Of a stretch of DNA of 64,000 bases, positions 43,476-55,790 are shown in pieces. Source of the DNA: an uncultured delta proteobacterium (GTDB lineage: Bacteria > Desulfobacterota > Desulfuromonadia > Desulfuromonadales > JACZKF01); the NCBI GenBank assembly GCA_963816395.1, contig CAWFKQ010000009.1:288001-352000 (forward strand). Reading direction: 5' to 3'. The position numbers were made by a program, and so were the translations under genes. Position 1 is the stretch's first letter, and the number at the start of each line of letters is the position of its first letter. A model generated the notes under the pieces. It searched no databases. It saw only the letters and a program-made list of their open reading frames with translations, and was not told where the DNA came from.

Positions 43476-43745
43476 ATGAGAAAGGCGAAACTGCTGGTGA
43501 CCGGCTTCATCCTGGCCGGCTGGGCCTGGATATTCGTTGCGGCGAACCGAAAGAAAGAGCCGCTCGCGAAAAAACCGGCGAAAGAGAAAAGCCCTGCGAC
43601 GATCTATCGCGGCAACCCGGGCAGCAGGGTTTTCCACCTGCCGGCGTGCAAATACTACAATGCCGCCAGCTGCGTGGAAGCCTTTGCCACCAGGGAGGAA
43701 GCGGTGGGCGCGGAGTTCAGGCCCTGCGGTTTGTGCGCTCCCTGA
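43476..43745 (+). CDS. Small membrane-anchored protein with Ada-type metal-binding domain
   Basis: SD GAGGAGG; TM then GN..S.VFHLP.C...F.TREEA....FRPC..C.P. Confidence 0.75.
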   Translation: MRKAKLLVTGFILAGWAWIFVAANRKKEPLAKKPAKEKSPATIYRGNPGSRVFHLPACKYYNAASCVEAFATREEAVGAEFRPCGLCAP

Positions 43746-43887
43746 TCAAGGGGAAAAACCCCGGGCAGGCTGTCAGGTCGATTCCCCCCGGCTCTCAACC
43801 AGCGATCTGACCTCCACCACCCTGAACCCCGAGTCTACGGGCCGGCTCCGGACCCTCTGCCGGCAAGCGGCGCAAGTCCCAGGGGCT

Positions 43888-44515
43888 CTACCGGTGCCCT
43901 CCCTTTCCCCCATGTTCCCAGCCGTGCCCGCCGCCATGCCCGCCGCCATGCCCGCCATAGTGATGGTCCCCATGGCCGTCGTAATCGTGGTAGATGTAGC
44001 CGAAGCTGAAGGAAAAGGCGCCGGGATAAGGAGATAGTAGGGAGAGTAGGAGGGGTAGATTAGTAGCCCCACGGCTGGGGGTAGTAGTAAGCGGGCGGAT
44101 AGGCAGGCTGCCGGACGATATAGTACCTTTCGATCCTCTGGGTTGTCGTCCGGGCCGGCGGCTCAGCGGCCGGATTGCCGACGATCCGCCAGCTGCCGTC
44201 CGGCTGCCTGCAGGCGGTGCCATATCCCTGCTCGTGCCGGCCGCCGATGATGATCGTCTCGACGAATTCCCGGCAGTTGGTGCCGTCCGCCGTGCGGAAG
44301 GTTCTCACCGGCGTCGCCGTTCCGGAAGCCCGGGTGTCGGGGTTCACCCACTCCGATGCCTGGTTGGTCTTGTTGTTCTCCAGGGCCTGCTGCAGGTTGC
44401 CCGCCGCCGCCTGCGCGGAAGGGTCCAGGGAATTCCCGAACGGCTGTCCATGGGCGGGGGAGAAACCGAAGATGGACCCGATCAGGGCTGTCACCACAAG
44501 GGCCGCTCGTCTCAT
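43888..44515 (-). CDS. 17-kDa surface antigen (RT0821/Lpp0805)-like exported protein with His/Gly tail (frameshift near 44063)
   Basis: Signal peptide; WVNPDT..SG..TP, CREF..TI.IGG....YGTACRQPDGSW; tail GDHHYGGHGGGHGGGHGWEHGGKGGHR. Confidence 0.75.
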
Positions 44516-44764
44516 GTACGCCTCCCCTGGTCCGGTATGGCCTGGCCGCATCCCGGAAGGTCCGGCCTTAGCGCCACCGCGAACCCGAAAAGAGCTCATT
44601 CTCTCTCCTTAGATATTATATCTCGGAACAGGGAGATTCCTTCCCCTGCAGTGCCGGCGTCCCCCGGCCCGAACCGATGGACCTTCCGGACGGTGTCGAC
44701 CGCGCAGAAAGAACGTTTTCCTGTTATGATTTAAACAGATAAGTCCTTTCTCAAAGGAAGCATC

Positions 44765-45898
44765 ATGAAAAGGACGACCCTGGCCCTGGCGGTGTTGGGC
44801 TGGGTGATCTTCAGTCATGCACCTGTCGGGGCGCAGGAATACGACCCGATGCTCGACGACACCGAAAGCAATGCGATGACGGAGACCCTTGCCTACGCCT
44901 TGGAGAACGCCAGGACCGGCGAGGAGAGTTCCTGGGTGAATCCCGACACCGGGCATTCCGGGGTGATCGTGCCGCTGGCAACCTACGTGAACGATGCAGG
45001 CCTCGATTGCCGGGAATACATCCAGACCATCGTCATCGACGGCCAGGAAGCGCAGGCCTACGGCACCGCCTGCCGCCAGCCGGACGGCACCTGGCTGATC
45101 GTCAACGACGAGGAGGCCGCCGCTCCGCCCCCGGAAGACCAGACTTCCCATATCTATCTCTACCGCGATCCCGCCAGCTATCATTACCCCTGGGTCTACT
45201 ACGACCCCTTCTTCTACCCCCACCAGATTTTCTTCAGCTTCGTGTTCGTGCATCACGCCGGTCATTTCAGCCATGAGCATTTTCACGAGGGGCGCCATTA
45301 TCCCCGGGGAGAGCATCCCCGCAGCAGGGAAAGGCACAGCTTCGGCGCCCACCGTGTCGCCGACGGACGCGAGATCCCGTCCCGCTTCCATGCCGATGGC
45401 AACCCGGGTGGCCGGCATGACTCCGACCGGCGCCGCGCCGGCAGCGGGCGCGGGGACGACCCGCGCCGGCACGACCCCGACCCGCGGCGCGCGGTCACCG
45501 TCTACAGGGGCAACCCCGGCCGGCACGTCTCCGACCACTCCGCAACGGTACGCGGGGATACCCCGGCCCGGCGCGGCCTCGACCGGCACCGCGCCGGCAG
45601 CGTGCGCGGGGACAACCCGCGCCGGCACGATCCCGACCCGCGCCACGCGGGCACCGTCTACAGGGGCAACCCCGGCCGGCGCGTCCCCGACCACTCCGCA
45701 ATCGTACGCGGGAACATCCCGGCCCGGCGCGACCTTGACCGGCGCCGTTCCGGCGCCCTTCGCGGCGCGCCCCCCAGAACCGCCCATCCGGGCTTTCGCG
45801 GCAGCGCCGGCCGCAGCGGCGGGGAACAGGTCCGTGGCAACCGGGGCGGCGCTGGCGGCCGCTACAATCCCGGCCAACCGAGCTTCAACCGCCGATAA
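44765..45898 (+). CDS. 17-kDa surface antigen-like exported protein with Arg-rich repeat tail
   Basis: Signal peptide; WVNPDTGHSG..VP, CREY..TIVIDG....YGTACRQPDGTW. Confidence 0.8.
   Translation: MKRTTLALAVLGWVIFSHAPVGAQEYDPMLDDTESNAMTETLAYALENARTGEESSWVNPDTGHSGVIVPLATYVNDAGLDCREYIQTIVIDGQEAQAYGTACRQPDGTWLIVNDEEAAAPPPEDQTSHIYLYRDPASYHYPWVYYDPFFYPHQIFFSFVFVHHAGHFSHEHFHEGRHYPRGEHPRSRERHSFGAHRVADGREIPSRFHADGNPGGRHDSDRRRAGSGRGDDPRRHDPDPRRAVTVYRGNPGRHVSDHSATVRGDTPARRGLDRHRAGSVRGDNPRRHDPDPRHAGTVYRGNPGRRVPDHSAIVRGNIPARRDLDRRRSGALRGAPPRTAHPGFRGSAGRSGGEQVRGNRGGAGGRYNPGQPSFNRR
45425..45754 (+). repeat. Intragenic 156-bp (52-codon) tandem repeat, 2 copies plus partial third
   Basis: Units start at 45425, 45581 and 45737 with GACCGGC; shared CACCGTCTACAGGGGCAACCCCGGCCGG core. 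Confidence 0.9.
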
Positions 45899-46003
45899 TT
45901 TCCAAGCCAGCGGGGATGCGACGGTGTCCCGCCGAGCGTGCCGTGGCCCGGCTTGGAGCGCTCGAGTCGAGAAAGCCGATACCTCCCATCGGCGGTCCGG
46001 GAT

Positions 46004-47560
46004 ATGGTAAAATTTACAGGTATGAAAACCCAACCTTCAGGAATTGCTATAAAACCTGCGCAAGGCCGGGGTCGAACCAAATGGCTCGAAAGCGGAAGAG
46101 TTTTTAAAGCCATTCTCGACCAGGCCTTCCAGTTCATGGGGCTGCTGACGCCAGACGGCACCCTGGTCGCGGCTAATCGTGCCTCTCTCGACTTCATCGG
46201 CGTCGAAGAAGCCGAAGTAGTGGGCAAGCTGTTCTGGCTGACGCCCTGGTGGACTCATTCCCCGGCCCAGCAGGACATGGTGCGGGCAGCGATACGGAAA
46301 GCCGCCGGCGGCGAATTCGTCAGTTGTGAAATGACCCACACCGCCGGCGATGGGGAGCTGCACCAGATCGATTTCTGCCTCAAGCCGGTCGCCGACGAAA
46401 GGGGCCGCGTCTTTCTCCTGGTCGCGGAAGGGCACGATGTTACGGAGCAGACCAGGGCAGAGGAGAAACTGCGGGAGTCGGAAGAGAAATACCGGCTGCT
46501 TTTTTCCGCCGAATCGGACGCGATCATCATCCTCGATGCCGATAGCCAGGGGGTGCTGGAGGCGAATGAGGCCGCCGCCCGTCTCTATGGTTTCAGTCTG
46601 CAGGAATTCTCGGGGCTGCGGTTCGAGCGGATCACCGCCGAGCCGGAAAAGATGGCCGAACGGATCCGCGAGGTGCTGGCCGGCCGCCTCAGCCGCCTCC
46701 CCCGGGCCCAGCACCGGAAAAAGGACGGCACCGTCTTCCCGGCGGAAATCTCCTTCGGCACCTTTTCCTGGAAGAACCGCCGGGTGATCATCGAGATCAT
46801 CCGGGACATCACCGAGCGCGAAGAAATCGCCCGGATGCGCGACGAGATGCTGGCGGCGGTCAGCCATGAAATGCGCACCCCCTTGACCGCCGTGATCGGT
46901 TTTGCCGAACACCTGCTGGAGAATGCCGCCGAAAAGGCGCCGCAGTGCGAGTATCTGGAGATCATTCTCAAGGAAAGCGCCCGGCTGAAGGGACTCATCG
47001 ACAACCTGCTGATTTTTCAGCGGTTGCGCGCCGGCTTCGGCTTGCGGAAATATCAGGCGGTGGAGGTATTGCCCTTACTGCGGGGGAGTGTTCAGCTGTT
47101 GGAGAAGTCCGCCGAGGAGCACCAGCTGCGACTTGACTGTCCCCCCGATCTGCCGCCGGTGCTGGGAGATGAGGGAAAGCTCCTGCACGCGCTCGAGAAC
47201 CTGATAGCCAATGCCATCAAGTATTCGCCCGCCGGCAGCACGGTGACCGTAGGCGCCCGCCAGGAAGCCGGCGCCGTCACTCTCTTTGTGCAGGACGAGG
47301 GGCCCGGCATCAGGCCGGAGCTGCGGGAGTTGATTTTCGATCGCTTCTTCCAGGTGGACAAGCGCGACGGTCGCCGGATCGGCGGCACCGGCCTGGGACT
47401 TCCTCTGGTGAAGGAGATCGTGCAGCTCCACCAGGGGACTGTCTGGGTGGAAAGCTCACCCGGCAAGGGGAGCACTTTCAAGATGCGTTTTCCCCTCGAT
47501 ATCGTCTGCTGGCTGGACAGAGCTGATCCGCATCACCGTCGCGCCGGTGATCAGGACTGA
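46004..47560 (+). CDS. Soluble PAS/PAC sensor histidine kinase
   Basis: Two PAS domains; SHEMRTPL H-box, [26 protein letters not shown]; start uncertain (46004 or 46022). Confidence 0.9.
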   Translation: MVKFTGMKTQPSGIAIKPAQGRGRTKWLESGRVFKAILDQAFQFMGLLTPDGTLVAANRASLDFIGVEEAEVVGKLFWLTPWWTHSPAQQDMVRAAIRKAAGGEFVSCEMTHTAGDGELHQIDFCLKPVADERGRVFLLVAEGHDVTEQTRAEEKLRESEEKYRLLFSAESDAIIILDADSQGVLEANEAAARLYGFSLQEFSGLRFERITAEPEKMAERIREVLAGRLSRLPRAQHRKKDGTVFPAEISFGTFSWKNRRVIIEIIRDITEREEIARMRDEMLAAVSHEMRTPLTAVIGFAEHLLENAAEKAPQCEYLEIILKESARLKGLIDNLLIFQRLRAGFGLRKYQAVEVLPLLRGSVQLLEKSAEEHQLRLDCPPDLPPVLGDEGKLLHALENLIANAIKYSPAGSTVTVGARQEAGAVTLFVQDEGPGIRPELRELIFDRFFQVDKRDGRRIGGTGLGLPLVKEIVQLHQGTVWVESSPGKGSTFKMRFPLDIVCWLDRADPHHRRAGDQD

Positions 47561-48028
47561 GGTGCCCGGGCGGCCGGGCTCCTCACCATTCGCGTCAGCG
47601 TCCGGTCGAGCGCCGAGGCGAACCGCTGCCGGTCCTGAGGTCCGAACGGCGCCGGTCCCCCCTGGATGAGCCCCTCGTCGCGCAGACCCTGCAGCAGATC
47701 GCGCACCGAGAGGCGCTCCCCCACATTCTGGTCGGTGAACAGCTCCCCCCGGGGGTCGAGGGCGGTTCCTCCCTTCCTGACGATCCGTCGCGGCCAGCGG
47801 GATGTCGGCGGTAATCACCAGGTCGGCGGCAGTCGCCTGCTCGGCGATGTAGTCGTCTGCCACATCCAGGCCGCCGGGGACGATGACCGAACTGACCAGC
47901 CGGCTGTGGTGTTTCGCCAGCCCCGTGTTCGCCACCAGGCAGACCGGGATCTGCAGGCGCTCGGAGGCGCGGAAGACGATCTCCTTCACCGGGCGCGGGC
48001 AGGCATCGGCATCGATCCAGATCTTCAT
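47551..48028 (-). CDS. yaiI: YaiI/YqxD (UPF0178) protein (frameshift near 47790)
   Basis: [25 protein letters not shown], then [16 protein letters not shown] in another frame. Confidence 0.85.
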
Positions 48029-48065
48029 CTCTTTCCTTCAGCCGGGAGGTAGCGACACCGCGGCC

Positions 48066-48278
48066 TCAACCCTGCCAGAGGGTCCAGCCGAAATCGTTTT
48101 TGTCCGTGCTGTGGGTAAACTTCGCCCGGCATTGCAGGCACTGGTAATCCTGCTCGAAAAAGCCGTTTTTCTGGGCTCCGCCGAACACTCTTTTCTCTTC
48201 CAGCTTCCTCAGATATTCGTGCGGCTTGGTGCCGTGCGATTTCTTGATCAGCTTGTCGCAAAGGGTGCAGATAGCCAT
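48066..48278 (-). CDS. Small hypothetical protein with two CxxC motifs
   Basis: SD GGAGG; CTLC...PH...YQCLQC...GW. Confidence 0.65.
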   Translation of the reverse strand: MAICTLCDKLIKKSHGTKPHEYLRKLEEKRVFGGAQKNGFFEQDYQCLQCRAKFTHSTDKNDFGWTLWQG

Positions 48279-48463
48279 CCCGTCCTCCCGGTGGTTGTTT
48301 TTGCCAGGTATCAAGGCAGCTTATCAGAAGTCGGGGGGAGAAAGGGGAACTTTTCCGGCGCCTCCCGCACTGCCGGGAGTCTTCGTTCTTGTGCCGCTAT
48401 GCCGATGTTGGATTCCCTGCGCCGGCCTGCGAGCCTGGTCGGATCAGGTCAGGAGGTCGGCCG

Positions 48464-49238
48464 TCAGCTTCTTTGCGGCCGGTAGAAGGCGATGGCGTTG
48501 TCGTGCAGGACCTTCTTCGCCAGAGACTCTCCCAGCACCTCGAGTACGAGCAGCAGGTCGGTGTCGGCATACGGGCGCGGCGCCCGGGTCGAGGGGAGGT
48601 CGGTACCGAAAAGCAGAGCCTCGGGGTTGGCCGCGCAGATGGCGGGAAGCGCCTCCCGCACGTCGAAATCGACCCGGCCGAAGCCGGTGGCCTTGACCCG
48701 CACGCCCCTCTCCACCAGGTGCAGCAGGGTAGGGAAGCCGGCTTTCGACAGCCCCAGGTGGTCGATGCTGACCGCCGGCAGGGAAGCCAGGGTGGCGAAG
48801 AGACCGGGCAGGTCGCGCGAGTCGACATACAGCTCGACATGCCAGCCGGCGACCTCGTGCACCCGCCGGGCAAAGCTCTCCAGCCTGTCGGCCCCTTCCG
48901 ACCCGCCGCGCTTGAGGTTGAAGCGGACGGCCCGCACCCCGGCCGCATCGAGCCGCAGGATTTCCTCGTCCGAGACGGAGGCCGGCAGCTGGGTGACGCC
49001 GACGAAGGCGGGGCCGAGCCGTTGCAGGGCAGCCAGCAGGTAGCTCTGGTCGAAGGCCTGAAAGGAGCCGGAGACGACCGCCCCGCCGGCGAGATTGAAG
49101 CTGGCGGCGGCGCGCAGGTAGTCGTCGCAGGTGAAGTTGGCGGGGAGGTAGCCCTGGTTGGGGACGAGGGGAAAACGGGCATCGATGATGTGGAAGTGGC
49201 TGTCGAAAATCTTGGCGGCGGAAAATTCTGTCGGTCAT
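48464..49238 (-). CDS. Amidohydrolase family protein (Amidohydro_2/LigI-like), frameshift near 49220
   Basis: IFDSHFHIID, VSGSFQ, GVRAVRFN, WHVELY, IDHLG, KATGF, FGTDLP. Confidence 0.8.
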
Positions 49239-49514
49239 GGATGGTCCCTTGCTCATCTTTTTGTCGACAAATCGAACCTGAATCTTCAGCCTTCAAGAAG
49301 AGGTAGCGATTTTACTCGATCGGCGGGAGGGGTTAATCTTGCCCCGTTTGAGAATCTCATTCAAGACCGAAAAGGGGGGCTTCCAATGGATACAACGGCA
49401 AAGCTCAGGCGGGATTTCCGCTGGCAGAGCATAAAGCCTGACTGAACTTCCGGGTGAAACCGGTGGCTAAATCCAGGCAACCAGGAGGAGGGCCGGCCCC
49501 CGCTTGCGGGGCGC

Positions 49515-49739
49515 CTATTCCAGATTTTTTTTCTTCCGCTCGAAATCCTCGCCGCTGATCTCGCCGCGGGCATGGCGCTCCCGGAGGATGTCCAGGGGAG
49601 TGCTCTCCCGGATGTCACCGTTTCCCGACTCTCCACCGGCGCTTCGTCGGGCCAGATAGACAATGGCGTAAATCAGCAGAACCAGAGCGATCAGCAGGAT
49701 GACCCAGTTGTAGGGGTACATGAAAAATTGCTTCATCAT
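49515..49739 (-). CDS. SHOCT domain membrane protein
   Basis: TM helix then PLDILRERHARGEISGEDFE. Confidence 0.8.
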   Translation of the reverse strand: MMKQFFMYPYNWVILLIALVLLIYAIVYLARRSAGGESGNGDIRESTPLDILRERHARGEISGEDFERKKKNLE

Positions 49740-49920
49740 GGTTTGCCTCCCGCGCGGATACCTTGCGGAGCGCGAATCTGCCGGGGAATTTCCCTGCATT
49801 GCCGCTGCTCCTAATCCCATTAAAATTTACCCCGGGAACCTCCGATTGCAACCTCTCCGCCGGCCAAAGCGGCCGCGGCGCGAGTGAGCGCCGGCGCCGG
49901 AATGGCTGGGGCGGAAGAGA

Positions 49921-50026
49921 AAATAGGTTCTATTTCGCTTGGCGAAACAGTCATTTATGAATTTGTGCATTGAAAAAATAGAATCAATGTTTTATCGTCT
50001 CGGTTGATTACTCAGGCGCAATCAAC
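49921..50026. promoter_or_regulatory. AT-rich region with three inverted repeats (possible operators) upstream of ABC operon
   Basis: AAATAG-gtt-CTATTT (49921-49935), CATTGA-N10-TCAATG (49968-49989), GTTGATT-N10-AATCAAC (50003-50026). Confidence 0.4.
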
Positions 50027-50051
50027 GCTTTTCGAACCCAGGAGGCTTTCC

Positions 50052-51271
50052 ATGAAGACCTTGCTTCGATCCCTCACGTTGGCCATCCTGGCCGCCGGCG
50101 TCCTGCTCGCCGTCCCTGATGCCTATGCCGCCGGGAAGATCAAGGTCGGCATCGTTGACTGCTACTCCGGCCCGCCCAGCACCTACTCCAATGATGTCCG
50201 GGACGCCTTCGCCCTGGCGGTGCAGAAGATCAACGCCGAGGGGGGAGTGCTGGGGAGGCAGATCGAGTTCGTCACCCGCGACAGCAAGTTCAAGGTGGAC
50301 ATCGGCCTCGCCGCCGCCAAGGAACTCGTGATGCGGGAGAACGTCGATATCCTCATGGGGACGATCAACAGCGCCCTGGCCCTGGCCATCTCCGATCTGG
50401 CGAAAACGGAAAAGATCCCCTTCCTGGCCACCTTCGCCAAAAGCGACAAGATCACCGGCGAGAAGGGAAACCGCTATACCTTTTCCATGAACGAGAATAC
50501 CGCCATGATCGGCAGGGCGGCGGCGGTCGGCCTGGCCAAGCTCCCCTACACCCGGTACTGGATCGCCGGCGACGATTACGAGTACGGCCACGCCATCGCC
50601 GACGGGGTCTGGAAGCATCTCAAGCAGCTCAAACCCGAGGTCCAGCTTCTCGGCCAGTCCTGGTGGAAGGTGGGCGAGCCCGACTTCACCCCTTACATCA
50701 CCGCCATGCTGGCGGAGAAGCCGCAAGCGGTGATCGTCGCCACCGGCGGCCGCGGCTGCGTCCCTTTCCTGAAGACGGCGCAGGCGACCGGCTTCAACAA
50801 GCAGGTTGCCGTTTACATGCATACCGCCACCGAGCTTTCGACCCTCAAGCCCCTGGGCGCCGATGCGCCGGAAGGGATCATCGGCACCGCCAACTATCAC
50901 AGCTACTTCCCCGACACCGAAGCCAACCGGGCGTTTGCCGCCGAATTTGAAAAAGCCTACGGTCGCCCGCCGGCGGCTGGCGCGCTCTACGGCTACATCA
51001 CTGCCCACGCCATCGCCAAGGCGTACCAGAAGGCGGGGAAAGTCGATACCGAAAAGTTCATCGATGCTCTCGAAGGGCTGCGCGTGGACTCCCCCATCGG
51101 CGAGATCATGGTTCGTGCGGAGGACCACCAGGTGATGCTCCCCATGTTCATGGGCGTGACCAAACGGCTGGCCGGAGCGGATCACTGCCCGTCTCCACGC
51201 AGATCGTCACCATTCCCGCCGCCGACCTGATGCCTTCCCTTGCGGAAATCCGGCAGGCGAGAGGCAAATAG
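50052..51271 (+). CDS. LivJ-type ABC substrate-binding protein (frameshift near 51185)
   Basis: Signal peptide, IKVG....SGP, INA.GGVLGRQIE, DYEYG. Confidence 0.88.
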
Positions 51272-51384
51272 CAGCAGCAGCTTTTCGGGGGCGGCCGGCC
51301 TCGGCGCCCCCGCGGGCGGCTGCCCGAGGCGGGCCGCCGAAGATTCGGCCGAGGCTTGAACCACCTTCCCTTTGAGAATCACTG

Positions 51385-52281
51385 ATGGAATTTTTGAGCG
51401 GCCTTTCCCTTTCGGTGCTCTGCATCCAGGTGCTGGTGGGCCTCAGCAAAGCGACCATCCTCTTTATCGTCGCCTCCGGCCTGACCCTGATCCTGGGGGT
51501 GCTGCGCATCCCCAACCTGGCGCACGGTTCCCTGTACATGATCGGCGCCTTCACCACCTACACCATTGCCGTCTTTTTCGGCCAGAGCAGTCTGGGGTTC
51601 TGGCTGGCCCTGCTGCTGGCCCCCCTCGTGGTCGCCCTGATCGGCCTGGCCATGGAGCGGGGTCTCTTTCGCTTTCTGTACCGGCGCGACCATCTGATGC
51701 TCCTGCTCTTCACCTTCTCCTTCGCCCTGGTTTTCGGCGATCTGGTGAAGATGATCTGGGGCTCGGACTTTCGCTCCCTGAGCGTGCCGGAGGTGTTCCA
51801 GGGCTCCTATTCGGTGCTGGGGATGCCTTTCCCCCGCTACAACATGTTTCTGCTGGTGCTGGGGCCTCTCTTCGCCCTGGGGCTGTGGTATTTCACCCGC
51901 CGCACCAGGCTCGGGAAGATCTGCCGGGCGGCCGCCGTCGACCGCGAGATGGTGGGAGCGGTGGGGATCAATGTCAATCTCATCTACTCGGCCGTCTTCG
52001 TCCTCGCCTGCTACCTGGCCGGGGTGGGCGGCGCCCTGGTGGCCCCCACCCAGAACATCACCCAGGGGATGGACCAGTCCATCATTATCGAAATTTTCCT
52101 CATCGTCATCATTGGCGGGCTCGGCAACGTCTGGGGAGCCCTGCTCGGCGCCCTGATTTTCGGCCTCACCGATTCCATCGGGATCCTGGTCGCCCCGCAG
52201 TTCGCCATTGTCTTTCCCTATCTGGCCGTCATCTTCGTCCTTCTTTTTCGCCCGCAAGGGCTTTTGAAATCGGCCTGGTAA
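51385..52281 (+). CDS. livH: Branched-chain amino acid ABC permease (LivH-like)
   Basis: ASGLTLI.G....NLAHGS.YM.GA, IGGLG, RPQGL. Confidence 0.88.
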   Translation: MEFLSGLSLSVLCIQVLVGLSKATILFIVASGLTLILGVLRIPNLAHGSLYMIGAFTTYTIAVFFGQSSLGFWLALLLAPLVVALIGLAMERGLFRFLYRRDHLMLLLFTFSFALVFGDLVKMIWGSDFRSLSVPEVFQGSYSVLGMPFPRYNMFLLVLGPLFALGLWYFTRRTRLGKICRAAAVDREMVGAVGINVNLIYSAVFVLACYLAGVGGALVAPTQNITQGMDQSIIIEIFLIVIIGGLGNVWGALLGALIFGLTDSIGILVAPQFAIVFPYLAVIFVLLFRPQGLLKSAW

Positions 52282-53254
52282 AAGGGTGGCTCCATGATTT
52301 TCGGCCTCTTCAGCAAAAAAGCCCTTCTCCTTGTAGGGTTCCTGTTCCTCGGGCTGCTCTTCTTCCCCCAGGCGGCGCCGAGATTCTACATCTACCTCTT
52401 TTCTCTGATTCTGGTCACCGGCCTGGCGGCCACCAGTCTCAACCTGGTGCTCGGCTACGGCGGCATGTACCAGTTCCATCACGCCGTCTTCTACGGCGCC
52501 GGCGCCTACGCGACGGCCCTGATCCTGACCCGGACCGGCCTGCCCGCCTGGGTCGCGTTCCTGGCCGCGCCTCTCGTCGCCGCCCTGCTCGGCCTGCTGA
52601 TGGGTCTGATCTGCACGCGGCTGAGCAAGCTGCACTTCGGGATGCTGCAGATCGCTCTCGGTTCCCTCGTCTGGGCCATCGTCTATCGCTGGTATTCCTT
52701 CACCGGCGGCGACGACGGGATCCACGGCATCCCCGTCCCGGCAGCCATCACCGGGACGACTGCCGCCTATTACGCCATCCTCGGGGTCACCGCGGTCTGC
52801 CTGCTGCTGATGTTCATCGTCGTCAATTCCCCGTTCGGGCGCATTCTCCAGGCGATTCGCGAAAATCCCGACCGCTGCCGCGCCATCGGGGTCAACGTTA
52901 CCGCGCACCAGACCGTCGCCATGGTGATCGCCGCCTTCTTCGCCGGCATCGCCGGCGCCCTCTTCCTCCTCCTGGAGGGGAGCGTTTTTCCGGAACTCCT
53001 TTTCTGGTCCCTGTCCCTGGAATTCCTCATCATGTGTCTTCTGGGCGGCTGGTTCACTTTCCTGGGGCCGATGCTCGGCGCCGCCATCATCGTCACTCTC
53101 CGGACCTTCGCCGGCATCTACACCGATTACTGGACGATGGTCCTCGGCCTGCTGATGATGTTCCTGATCCTCTTCCTGCCGAAAGGCGTCCTCGGCTTCC
53201 TCCACGACCTGTTCCGGCCGAAGCCCGGACCGACGCGCTCCCAGGAGAACACGC

Positions 53255-53991
<737 letters not shown>

Positions 53992-53992
<1 letters not shown>

Positions 53993-54690
53993 TGCTGAAA
54001 GTGAGCGGCATCCATACCTATTACGGCCTGAGCCATATCCTCTTCGACGTCTCTCTCGCCGTCAACCCGGGAGAGATCGTCTGCCTGTTGGGGCGCAACG
54101 GCGCCGGCAAGAGCACGACCATGAAGAGCATCATGGGGCTCACCCCGCCCAAGGCCGGGAGTATCGCTTTCAAGGGGGAGACCATCACCGGCAAGCCCGC
54201 CTACCAGCTCTGCCGGAAGGGGATCGGCTTCGTTCCGGACGACCGGCGGGTCTTCGCCGATCTGACGGTGGGGGAAAACCTCGAGATCTCTGAGCGGCGG
54301 CGCCAGGGCAAGGGCGGCTGGGACCGGGAGCGGGTGTACGCCTTCTTTCCCCCCCTGCGCCCCCTCGACGGCCGCCGGGCGGGGGTGCTCAGCGGCGGCG
54401 AGCAGCAGATGCTCACCATCGGCCGGGCGCTGATCACCAATCCGGACCTGCTGCTCCTCGACGAACCGACAGAGGGGCTGGCGCCGATCATCGTCGAGAT
54501 GCTCGAGGAGAAGATCCTGCAGCTGAAGGCAACCGGCCTGTCGGTCCTGCTGGCCGAGCAGAGCCAGAAGGTGGCGCTGCGCCTGAGCGACCGTGCCTAC
54601 ATCATCGACAACGGCCACATCCGCTACCATGGCAGCATCGACGAACTCAGGGAAGACGAAGAAGTCCGTCACCGGTATCTTCTCCTCTGA
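53992..54690 (+). CDS. livF: ABC ATP-binding protein (LivF-like)
   Basis: GRNGAGKST, LSGGEQQML, LDEPTEGLAP, EQ. Confidence 0.9.
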
Positions 54691-54700
54691 CAGGAGCACC

Positions 54701-55742
54701 ATGCTCTTTCGTCCGGAAAACCTCAGACAGCTGGCTGCAGACCTCCTGCAGGCCGCCGGCAGCGGCCGGCAGGAGGCGGAGATCGTCGCCGAACACCTGG
54801 TGGCAGGCCAACCTCTGCGGCCACGACAGTCACGGGGTGGGCATGCTTCCCGCCTATCTGCGCAACATCGGGGCGGGGTTGCTGCGGCCGAATGTCCGGC
54901 CGAGTCTGGTCAGAGACGACGGCCATATGCTGCTTTACGACGGTGGGCGGGGGTACGGCCAGGTCGCGGCCAGGGAGGCCATGGAGGCGGCGCTCGCCCG
55001 CGGCCGGGAAACGGGGCTGGTCCTGATGGGGCTGCGCAACGCCTTTCATATCGGCCGGGTCGGCGCCTACGGCGAGCAGAGCATCGCCGCCGGCCTGGTC
55101 TCCCTGCACTTCGTCAGCGTGGTCGATCACCAGCCGCTGGTGGCGCCTTTCGGCGGCCGCAGCGGCCGCTACGGGACCAACCCTCTCTGCATCGCCGTGC
55201 CGGGCTCGGCGCGGAGCGGTCCTTTGCTCCTCGACATGGCAACCAGCCGGATTCCCGTCGGCAAGGTCCGCGTGGCCCTGAACCGGGGGGAAGATGCGCC
55301 GGAAGGGCTGCTCGACTCCGCCGGCCGCCCCAGCCGGGACCCGGCGGTTCTCTTTCGTGAGCCGCTGGGGGCTCTCACGCCCTTCGGCGAGCACAAGGGG
55401 TACGCCCTGGGTCTGCTGTGCGAGGTGCTGGCCGGGGCGCTGACCGGCGGCGGCACCATTCAGCCCGAGCGGCCCAGGCGCGGCGGCATCGTCAACCACA
55501 TGCTGACCATCCTCATCGACCCCGGGCGCTTCTGCGAGCGCCCCGCCCTCGAACAGGAGATCGAAGCCCTGGTCGCCTACATCCGGCAGACCCCCGCCGT
55601 CGATCCCGAGGTCAGCGTGATGGTCCCGGGCGATCCGGAACGGCGCCATCGCCGGCAGCGGCAGGAAGCCGGCATCCACCTCGATGAACTCACCTGGCAG
55701 GAGATCACCGAGGCCGCCCGCGGCGTCGGCCTTGCCCTGTAG
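54701..55742 (+). CDS. Ldh_2 family malate/lactate/hydroxycarboxylate dehydrogenase (YbiC/HcxB-like), frameshift near 54805
   Basis: ANL.GHDSHG, HIGRVG.YGEQ, GTNP, LDMATS, PFGEHKG, PGDPE. Confidence 0.85.
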
Positions 55743-55790
55743 TCCCCCGAACCCCGACGAAAGTTCCGCCGGCCCCTCCCAGGCGCGCAG

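Noticed and set aside
45425..45754. Possible CRISPR-like array
   Set aside because: Contiguous 156-bp coding repeats with no unique spacers and no cas genes
49387..49500. GGCAAA...AAAGCC segment resembling a c-di-GMP-I riboswitch, and a 19-aa ORF MDTTAKLRRDFRWQSIKPD
   Set aside because: Lacks the GNRA loop and GACGCAAAGC core, and has no same-strand downstream gene; an Infernal/Rfam scan would settle it
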